In this document: in pieces, positions 56,465-64,000 of the stretch
Layout of the letters: each line of letters opens with the position of its first letter
Numbering within the stretch: the first letter of the stretch is position 1
Assembly: GCA_026004015.1 (NCBI GenBank)
Contig: BPIH01000005.1
Coordinates: forward strand, 31,598 to 95,597
Reading direction: 5' to 3'
Origin: Chloroflexota bacterium
GTDB lineage: Bacteria; Chloroflexota; Limnocylindria; Limnocylindrales; CSP1-4
Length of the DNA: 64,000 nt
The notes under the pieces: generated by a model
Databases searched by the model: none
Told to the model about the DNA's origin: nothing
What the model saw: the letters and a program-made list of their open reading frames with translations, nothing else
Translations under genes and position numbers: made by a program

Positions 56465-56576
56465 CCGGCCGCCCTGGACGATGCGCCCCTCGTGCGCCGC
56501 GCCGGCCCGGGCGACGGGTCCGGTGGGGGCTGCGGTTCGAAGCGGGACGCTCGGCACGAACGGAGGGTCGGCAGGT

Positions 56577-57020
56577 TCAGGCGAGGTCGATGAGTGGCCG
56601 CCGACCGGCGAAGCCGGCCTCGAGCTCGTGCCACCAGCCGATCTCGTCCTCGCCGAGGCGCCAGCAGAGCCAGATCTGGCGGCCGTTCGCGAGGGCCGGG
56701 AAGTCGACGAGTCCGCTCTCGATGTCGCGGAGCGAGATGTCCCAGTCCACGAGCTGCTGGACGGCGGCCTCCATCTGGTCGATGATCCCGCGCATCCGGA
56801 GCCGCAGCGCCTCGGCGTCGCTCGCCGCCTTCGCCGGTCGCGCCGACCGGGCCCCCTCCGCCGATCCGCCTTCCTCGGCTCCTCCGCGCCCGCGCCGTCG
56901 AGCCGCCAGCTCGTCCCGAAGGGCGATGAGCTCGGCCCGCTGCTCCCGGAGGCGTTCGAGAATCGCCCGGACCTCGGGGAGGCGTTCGTTCGCGGTGTCG
57001 ATCGTGTAGAAGCGGCCCAT
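56577..57020 (-). CDS. DUF2203-family protein
   Basis: Intact 147 aa. FYTIDTANERLPEV...LRDIESGLVDFPAL...IWLCWRLGEDEIGWWHELEAGFAGRRPL. Confidence 0.65.
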   Translation of the reverse strand: MGRFYTIDTANERLPEVRAILERLREQRAELIALRDELAARRRGRGGAEEGGSAEGARSARPAKAASDAEALRLRMRGIIDQMEAAVQQLVDWDISLRDIESGLVDFPALANGRQIWLCWRLGEDEIGWWHELEAGFAGRRPLIDLA

Positions 57021-57030
57021 GCGGGCATTC

Positions 57031-57946
57031 TAGGCCGAGTCGGAGCCGCTCGGCTCTGCCGCGCCGGCGCGCCGGAGCTCCTGCGAGGGCTTCACGGACC
57101 GCCGGGTGACCGATCCGCTCGCGGCGGAAGGCGGCGCTGATCCGGCGGACGAGGGGCGGCTCGAGCTGCGTCAGCCGGACTGCCACGTCGCGATCGCGGA
57201 CGGCGAGTCCGGGCACGACCGCCACCCCGAGACCGGCCGCGACGAGGGCGAGGATCACGGCATAGTCCTTGCAGTGGGAGCGGATCGTCGGGACGAAGCC
57301 GGCGGCGCGGCAGGCCGCCGCGACGACCCGGTAGAGGTGGCTCGTCTCGGTGTCCATGATCCACGGGACGTGCGCCAGGTCGGCGAGGCGGACCGCCTCG
57401 GACCGCGGCCAGTCGAGGGGCAGGGCGAGGAGGAGCGGGTCCTCGAGAACGAGGCGACGGTCGATCGTCCGCGGCCAGCCCGATGTCGGGCTCGGCGTAC
57501 TCGTCGACGAGGGCGAGATCGAGATCGTCGGCTCCCAGGGCGACGAGGCTCTCGTCGGCCTCGCAGTCGCGGATCGTGATCTGGAGCATCGGATGGCGAC
57601 GGGCCAGCGCGGCGACGACCGGCGGCAGGAGGGTTCGGGCGGCCGTCGGGAAGGCGGCCACGCGAAACGTGCCGGTGAGGTGGCCTCGGAGGCGGGCGAC
57701 GTCGGCCTCCGCGGCGGCGACGACACCGCCGATTTCGTCGGCGTGCTCGGCGAGGCGCAGGGCGGCCTCGGTCGGGCGGAGGCGCCGCCCGACCCGCTCG
57801 AAGAGGATGAGCCCGGTCTCGTCGGCGAGGAGCCGCAGCTGTTGCGAGACGGCCGAGGGGCTGACGTGGAGCGCCTCGGCTGCGGCGTGGACCGTCCCTC
57901 GCCGGACGACCTCGCGGAGGAGCTGGAGGCGGCCGAGGTGGAGCAT
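57031..57946 (-). pseudogene. LysR-family transcriptional regulator, at least 2 frame changes (about 57480 and 57090)
   Basis: MLHLGRLQLLREVVRRGTVHAAAEALHVSPSAVSQQLRLL...DEYAEPDIG, then RTIDRRLVLEDPLLLALP...AGLGVAVVPGLAV... in another frame. The 3' end (TAG 57031) is inferred. SD GAAGGAGA before ATG 57946. Confidence 0.75.
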
Positions 57947-58120
57947 CCGTCGTGTCTCCTTCGCGTCGTCGGTGGCGCCCGTTCGGGCCAGCTCGCGGGG
58001 CGTCGGCTTGTCGCGACCGTTCGCCATAGTGTAGAGTGCCTTCACAAACACTTCAGCAATTCGATCTTGTCCTGAACGATCGCCCGAGGCATGCTCACCT
58101 CCGTGACGGGAGGCGGACCC

Positions 58121-59267
58121 ATGTACCTGGCACGACGGATCGCGGACCTCGGCACCGAGAGCGCCTTCGAGTGGGCGGCGCGGGCGCGGGCGCTCGAGGC
58201 GACCGGCCGATCGATCGTCCACCTCGAGCTCGGCGAGCCCGACTTCGACACCCCGACCCACGTCCGCCTGGCGGCAGCGCGGGCGCTCGACGCCGGGGCG
58301 ACCCACTACGCGCCGTACCCGGGGATCCCCGAGCTCCGCCGGGCGATCGCCGAGGACGCCGGCCGGCGGCGCGGGATCGCGATCGATCCGGAGCAGGTCC
58401 TCGTGACGGTCGGCGCCAAGTCGGCGATCCTCTACGCGATGCTCGCCCTCGTCGAGCCCGGCGACGACGTCCTCGTCCCGGATCCCGGCTACCCGATCTA
58501 CGCCTCTCTCGCCCGCTTCCTCGGCGCCCGGGTCGTGCCGCTGCCGACGACGGGGTCGCCGGCCTGGCGGCTCGATCTCGCGGAGCTCGAGCGCCACGTC
58601 TCGACCCGGACCCGCCTCCTCGTCCTCAACTCGCCGGCGAACCCGACCGGCGGCGTGCTGACCGAGGCTGAGCTCTGGGCGATCGCCGATCTCGCCCGGC
58701 GCTTCGACGTCGCCGTCCTCTCCGACGAGATCTACAGCCGGATCGTCTACGACGGGCCGTGCCGGTCTCCATCGCCTCGCTGCCCGGCATGGCGGAGCGG
58801 ACGGTCATCCTCGACGGCTTTTCGAAGACGTACGCCATGACCGGCTGGCGCCTCGGCTACGCCATCGTCCCGCCGGACCTGGCGAGCGTCTTCGGGGCGC
58901 TCATCATCAACTCGGTGAGCTGTGCCCCGACCTTCGTCCAGTGGGCGGCCATCGAGCGCTCCGAGGGCCGCAGGAGCCGGTGGCGGCGATGGTCGAGGAG
59001 TTCGCCGCCCGGCGCGACCTCGTCGTCGAGGGCCTGGCCCGGATCCCCGGCCTCCGCTGCCCGCGGCCCGCCGGCGCCTTCTACGTCTTCCCCGACGTGG
59101 CCGGCACGGGGCTCGACGGAGCGACCTTCGCCGAGCGCCTCCTCGACGAGGCCGGGCGTCTGCGTCCTGCCGGGGACGGCCTTCGGTGACCTGGCTCGGA
59201 CGCAGTCCGGCTCAGCTACGCGGCCGCGCGGTCGGAGCTCGAGGAGGCCCTCCGGCGGATCGCCTGA
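58121..59267 (+). pseudogene. class I/II pyridoxal-phosphate aminotransferase (aspartate-aminotransferase-like), about 4 frame changes
   Basis: ...LELGEPDFDTP...LNSPANPTGGVL...LSDEIYSRIVYDG, then VPVSIASLPG...ILDGFSKTYAMTGWRLGY (PLP Lys), then GPQEPVAAMVEEFAARRDLVVEGL...GAFYVFPDV, then GVCVLPGTAFG, then DAVRLSYAAARSELEEALRRIA*. Junctions at about 58756, 58955, 59158 and 59188. Confidence 0.8.
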
Positions 59268-59291
59268 GTTCGTCGGCCGGGCGGGGGCGGC

Positions 59292-60273
<982 letters not shown>

Positions 60274-60299
<26 letters not shown>

Positions 60300-60828
60300 C
60301 GCTCGGTCTGCCGGCCGACGACCAGGTCGCATCCTCGCGCGCGTCGCGTCCGGTCACGAACCGGTACGACTCGATGACGAGGGACCAGAGAACGTCGAGC
60401 TCGTTCGCCGTCCGGGGCGTGTAGGCGAGGACGAGGCCGTCGAGGCCGAGGGCGGCGGCGATCGGGTGCGGCTCCGCCCAGCCAGCGGCGTCGGCCTCCC
60501 GGGCTCGTTCGACCGGGAGGGGAAGGTGCATGCTACCGTCCGGGTGGATGTGGCTGAGCTCGCGGCCGGCGACGATGGCTTCGGGTCGGGCGATCGGCGC
60601 GGCGTCGGTCAGCCACAAGGCCCGCGCTCCGGGGACCGAGACGACCGTCGGCCGTTCGACGACATCCGGCAAGGCGAAGGCGCGCCGGGCGAGTTCGGCG
60701 ACGATGGCGGGATCGGGGACGACGCCGAGCTGCATGTGCGGCATGCCGCGGGTCGTCGGCGGCCGGGGTCCGAGGCGGACCGGAAGTGGCCGATCGACGA
60801 CGGGTGCGGGGGCGAGCTCGGTGCTCAT
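60274..60828 (-). CDS. luciferase-domain (DUF5519-like) family protein
   Basis: [14 protein letters not shown]...PHMQLG...[10 protein letters not shown]...[18 protein letters not shown]...GWAEPHP matches my recollection of this small family. The 3' end overlaps the convergent dehydrogenase gene by 26 nt. Confidence 0.5.
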
Positions 60829-60847
60829 CGGCCGATCCTCGGCGGCA

Positions 60848-61267
60848 CTAGCGGACTGCGACGGTCGACGGCAGGACGGCGATCGCGCCCGGGCCGAGGG
60901 TCAGGAGGGCGAGGTTCGCCGCGAGGAGGACGAAGTCGAACTCCCAGCCGGTCGCCTGCATGGCCATGAAGCCGGTCTTCATCATCGTGTTCTTCAGGTA
61001 GATCGCCCCGACCATGATGATCGCGAAGAGGACGTTCACGAGCTGGGTCCAGATCCCGAGGATGAGGAGGACGCCGCCGACGGCCTCGACGACGCCCTGG
61101 ACGGTGATAAAGGCGACGCCCGCTGTCCCGGGCCGACCCATCGCCTCCGCCATGCCCCGGGCGCCGGTCACCTTCGGCCAGCCGTGGACGATGAAGATGA
61201 TCCCGACCGCGGCCCGCAAGGCGAGGAGCCCCCAGTCGACGTAGGTGCCGAGATCCGGTACGAGCAT
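60848..61267 (-). CDS. DoxX-family membrane protein
   Basis: Intact 139 aa, 4 TM. LLALRAAVGIIFIVHGWPK... is typical DoxX. Confidence 0.8.
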   Translation of the reverse strand: MLVPDLGTYVDWGLLALRAAVGIIFIVHGWPKVTGARGMAEAMGRPGTAGVAFITVQGVVEAVGGVLLILGIWTQLVNVLFAIIMVGAIYLKNTMMKTGFMAMQATGWEFDFVLLAANLALLTLGPGAIAVLPSTVAVR

Positions 61268-61521
61268 CCTGTCTCCCTCCTTTTTCGCCGAGGACGCGAC
61301 GACACGCCGCCCGTCGTCGGCGCGCTGAACGTGACTGCGCCGGGGTCGTGCCCCCGGCCGGCGGTCCGGCCCGGCCGACCCTCAACGGAGCCAGCCTACG
61401 CGAAGATCGTTGCGTTGTCAACGAGGTTGGTTTGGTGGAGACCCCGAAGGAAGGCGGCAGGGGACGGGGCGGCCACGACGCCGGCGAGCGGGAGCGGGCG
61501 GTGCCGCGGCAGAATGGTCCG

Positions 61522-61731
61522 GTGAGCCGCTCGCTCCTGGCCGCACTCCTCCTCGGCGTTTCCGCCGTGGCGAGCCTCGCCTGGCTCGGGTGGCAGGCGA
61601 CGACGGTCCTCGCCGCCGCGGGCGGGCCGCCCGGGCACGCCGAGGCCGAGCTGCGGATCCTGAGCGGGCTCCTCATCCTCGGCGGGTGGATCGTCGCCTG
61701 GCGCCTCTATCGGCGCTCTGAGGAGGGGTAG
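61522..61731 (+). CDS. small two-TM membrane protein (hypothetical)
   Basis: From GTG 61522: VSRSLLAALLLGVSAVASLAWLGW...LSGLLILGGWIVAWRLY. The upstream part of ORF 61348..61731 is not protein-like. Confidence 0.4.
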   Translation: MSRSLLAALLLGVSAVASLAWLGWQATTVLAAAGGPPGHAEAELRILSGLLILGGWIVAWRLYRRSEEG

Positions 61732-61800
61732 CGGATCCGCCGCGTCGACCGCGTCGCTCCACACCCCCGGCTCGGCGGCCGGGTATCGTTACTCGCGGAC

Positions 61801-61875
61801 GGGCCCGTAGCTCAGGGGTAGAGCAGGGGACTTTTAATCCTCCGGTCGTGGGTTCGAATCCCACCGGGCCCTCCA
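61801..61875 (+). tRNA. tRNA-Lys (anticodon UUU)
   Basis: Manual cloverleaf: GGGCCCG/CGGGCCC acceptor, GCUC-AGGGGUA-GAGC D arm, GGGGA-CUUUUAA-UCCUC anticodon arm, GUGGG-UUCGAAU-CCCAC T arm, encoded UCCA end. Confidence 0.9.
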
Positions 61876-61930
61876 GCTCCGGCGGCTGGGTCAAGCCGCT
61901 TGGTGCGGCGTCGGCTGCTCGGGATCCGGA

Positions 61931-63276
61931 TCAGAATTCGCCGTCGACGACCCCGTCGGCCTCCAGGTCGACGGTCACCGAGTGGGCACATTCCCGCTCT
62001 GCCTCGTCTTCGGTGGTCAGCCGCACCCGAACGACGAGGCGGACCTCGCGATCGCCCTGCCGGTCGACCGGCGGTTCGGCGGGCGCCGGGGGCGCGAGGC
62101 GATCGGGTCGTCCGATGCGGCGCCGGAGGCGCCTGAAGATGCCCACCGGCTCACCCGGCTCGACGCGCCGGACCACCGGTCGCGCGGCCACGATCATGTG
62201 CCATTGCCCACACCCCAGAGGTACCCGATCTCGGCCACCGTCGCGATGAAGGCCGGCGTCGACATCGGGCGAGGCCCCGGCCCGGCGTCGGCCGCTACCG
62301 GCCTCGACGGAGATCGAGCGGATCCTCGTCACCGCCCACGCCGGCTGTCCGTAGCCGCCGGCCTCGAGTCCGGCGCGCCTCGCCGCGGCGGTTCGCGCCG
62401 AGGGGCGGGCCATGAGCTCCCGGTTCTCGCCGAGCGGCGCCACGGGGCGACCGCCCGTCGTCGTCCACGACCGGAGACTGGGGCTGTGGCGCCGTCGGCG
62501 CGAACCGGGAGCTCATGGCCCGTCCTCCAGATCGCCGCCGCCGGGCTCGCCGGGCTCGACGCCCGCGTCTTCCGACACTGGCGTCGGGCGCGCGCCGCTC
62601 CGTCGAGCCGGCGACCGAGCGGCTCGGAGGCCGGGGCCGCGATGGCGAGGATGTTCGTCCGGGTCGGTGGGTCGAGCCGAACCGTCGCCCGCCGGACGAC
62701 CTCGGGCGGGGCCGCCCGGAACCGGCCTCCGTACAGCCCCGCCGGGCGACCGGCCGCAGGGTCGGGGTTCGTTAGGAGGTGGACCCGCCGCTCCGCTCCT
62801 GTCACGAGAACCGGCGTCGGCGTCCCGTCGGGTTCGACGGTCCGGTCGCCGCGGCCCTCCGCCCGGAGCGCCTCGACGAGGGCGGCGAGGATCGGATGCT
62901 CGGCGACCTGGAGCTCGTCCTGGGCAAGGAGGCCGGTTCCGTCGCAGGCGAAGAGGCTCGGATCGGCAAAGTTCACATGCCACTCGACCGCTCCTGGTCG
63001 GACCGGGCGGTAGTCGAAGTACCCGTCCCGAAGGTCGACGATGTCGACGCCGGCAGCCGGTTCGATGGTTGGCGGGAGGGACATCGCCGGCCACCGCGAG
63101 AAGCCGACGCGGCCCCGCGGGCCGGCACCGCCCGGACAGGCGACCTCGAAGACGACCCGCTTGTTCGGATCGTCGATCCGCGGTGGGTGGTCGCGCACGA
63201 GGGCGGCCGCATCGTACTGGATCCGTTCGAGGGGCTCGACGGTTGCCGGCGTAGCGGTCGTGGTGTCGTGATCCAT
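61931..63276 (-). pseudogene. degraded gene of unknown function (conserved-looking N-terminal ~220 aa, then loss of frame)
   Basis: ORF 62329..63276 reads well up to ...RATVRLDPPTRTNILAIAAP (about 62640), including VEWHVNFADPSLFACDGTGLLAQDELQVAEHPIL. Beyond that no single frame is convincing, and a ~125-bp palindrome occupies 62402..62526. A plausible tail (ORF 61931..62443) ends ...VRLVVRVRLTTEDEAERECAHSVTVDLEADGVVDGEF*. Confidence 0.4.
62402..62526. repeat. ~125-bp near-perfect palindrome (19-bp perfect core arms, ~40-bp imperfect arms)
   Basis: GGCCATGAGCTCCCGGTTC at 62408..62426 and its exact reverse complement at 62502..62520. Pairing extends with a few mismatches/bulges to 62402..62445 and 62484..62526. 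The loop is about 38 nt. Confidence 0.8.
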
Positions 63277-63354
63277 TGCCTGCCCTCGGATGCTCGTCTG
63301 GCGCGGATGATCCGGCTCCGTCGCGTCACCTCGGCTGTCACGGCGTGGCGTCGG

Positions 63355-63708
63355 TCAGTCCTCTCCGGCCCGATCTCGGCGGTCACCGTCGTCGAGGAGG
63401 GGGGTCGGCGGCGTCACGTCCTTCGAGGGCGGTCGCCGTTCGAACTCGGGGGCCCTTCGGGTGCCGAGGAGTCGGCCCAGCCCGCCGTCGACGGTCACGA
63501 AGGGCGCGAGGTAGGCGACGATGAGGATCGGAACGAGGAAGCGGGCGAGCCCCCGGAGCTCGACGGCGGCGAACGCAAGGGCGAGAAGGGCGAGGTAGTA
63601 GACGAGGACCCCGCGCCCGGACCAGCCGGCGAGATGGAGGCGTCGAGCCGGCAGGAGGGCGAGGAGGGCGAGGACGAGGAAGAAGGCGAGGAGGGCCGGG
63701 TTCGCCAT
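63355..63708 (-). CDS. small membrane protein (3 TM), hypothetical
   Basis: From ATG 63708: MANPALLAFFLVLALLALLPA...VLVYYLALLALAFAAV...FLVPILIVAYLAPFV. Confidence 0.5.
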   Translation of the reverse strand: MANPALLAFFLVLALLALLPARRLHLAGWSGRGVLVYYLALLALAFAAVELRGLARFLVPILIVAYLAPFVTVDGGLGRLLGTRRAPEFERRPPSKDVTPPTPLLDDGDRRDRAGED

Positions 63709-63748
63709 GGCCCCTCGATCATAGGGGCCATGGGGTACGATGGCGCCG

Positions 63749-64000
63749 ATGACGAACCGCACCGAGGAGATCCGGCCCGCCTGGCTCGACGACCCGACGA
63801 CGGTCGCCCCCACCGTCCTCGTCATCGGCGGCTTCCTCACCTCGCCGCCCCTCTACCGGGGGCTCCGCGCTCGTCTCCTCGAGGCCGGCGCGGCAGCCGT
63901 CGAGATCGCCCCGATCTGGACGCCTGACTGGCTCCTCGTCGTCGGGCGGGGCCTCGGCGCCATCGTGACCCGAGCCAGCCGGGCGCTCCTCGGCGCTGCT
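63749..64000 (+). CDS. alpha/beta-hydrolase-like protein, 3' end outside window
   Basis: Open from ATG 63749 to the window edge: MTNRTEEIRPAWLDDPTTVAPTVLVIGGFLTSPPLYRGLRARLLEAGAAAVEIAPIW... It is not in the ORF track because no stop lies inside the window. Confidence 0.5.
   Translation, partial: MTNRTEEIRPAWLDDPTTVAPTVLVIGGFLTSPPLYRGLRARLLEAGAAAVEIAPIWTPDWLLVVGRGLGAIVTRASRALLGAA

Noticed and set aside
61931-63276. Assignment of the degraded gene to the poly(ADP-ribose) glycohydrolase (PARG-like macrodomain) family.
   Set aside because: The only basis is a loose resemblance of VNFADPSLF...GLLAQDELQVAEHP to the PARG signature region. The GGG-x-QEE motif is not actually present and the C-terminal half is unreadable. 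This needs an HMM search and is not asserted.

Overview
Very GC-rich bacterial chromosomal window (roughly 70% or more by eye, not computed), densely coding, with about 60 protein genes, 2 tRNAs and several intergenic repeat and regulatory elements. No transposase, integrase, phage gene or CRISPR array was seen. In order: resB (5'-partial), a PucR-type regulator and glnA; a VIT1/CCC1 iron/manganese transporter bracketed by two inverted 123-nt elements; a GT39-like glycosyltransferase; a redoxin and a GH63-like hydrolase; vapBC next to tRNA-Pro(CGG); an MFS gene, a small lipoprotein and an OmpR/histidine-kinase pair; a truncated ABC ATPase followed by an MFS gene and a CPA2 cation/H+ antiporter, each preceded by a shared leader resembling the crcB/fluoride riboswitch core; a glyoxylate-shunt operon (small ORF, isocitrate lyase, malate synthase, bicupin) divergent from a LysR gene with a perfect T-N11-A box. 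Then a WYL fragment, AMMECR1 and an HPr-like gene; a membrane protein, WYL regulator and SAMHD1-like HD phosphohydrolase operon; a DUF62 SAM-hydrolase plus ECF transporter operon; a GATase; a LysM-NodB lipoprotein; a 977-aa HTH-GAF-GGDEF protein; housekeeping genes (YbaK, HAD, thiamine pyrophosphokinase, Bcp, PIG-L deacetylase); and a coiled-coil membrane protein. The top system-level candidate is a Rieske/cytochrome b6 operon headed by a GltD-like NAD(P)H flavo-FeS protein and ending in a cytochrome c-cupredoxin fusion. The window ends with rhodanese, DUF309, DUF2203, LysR, an aminotransferase, a 2-hydroxyacid dehydrogenase, DoxX, tRNA-Lys(UUU) and a degraded gene carrying a ~125-bp palindrome. 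About 45 apparent frameshifts, many at short G/C runs, break roughly 20 otherwise recognisable genes. They are strongly clustered, so many ORF-track entries are fragments or artificial fusions. Most other long ORFs in the track are Arg/Pro/Gly-rich out-of-frame or antisense artefacts of the GC content. All family assignments come from reading the translations; no database search was run.
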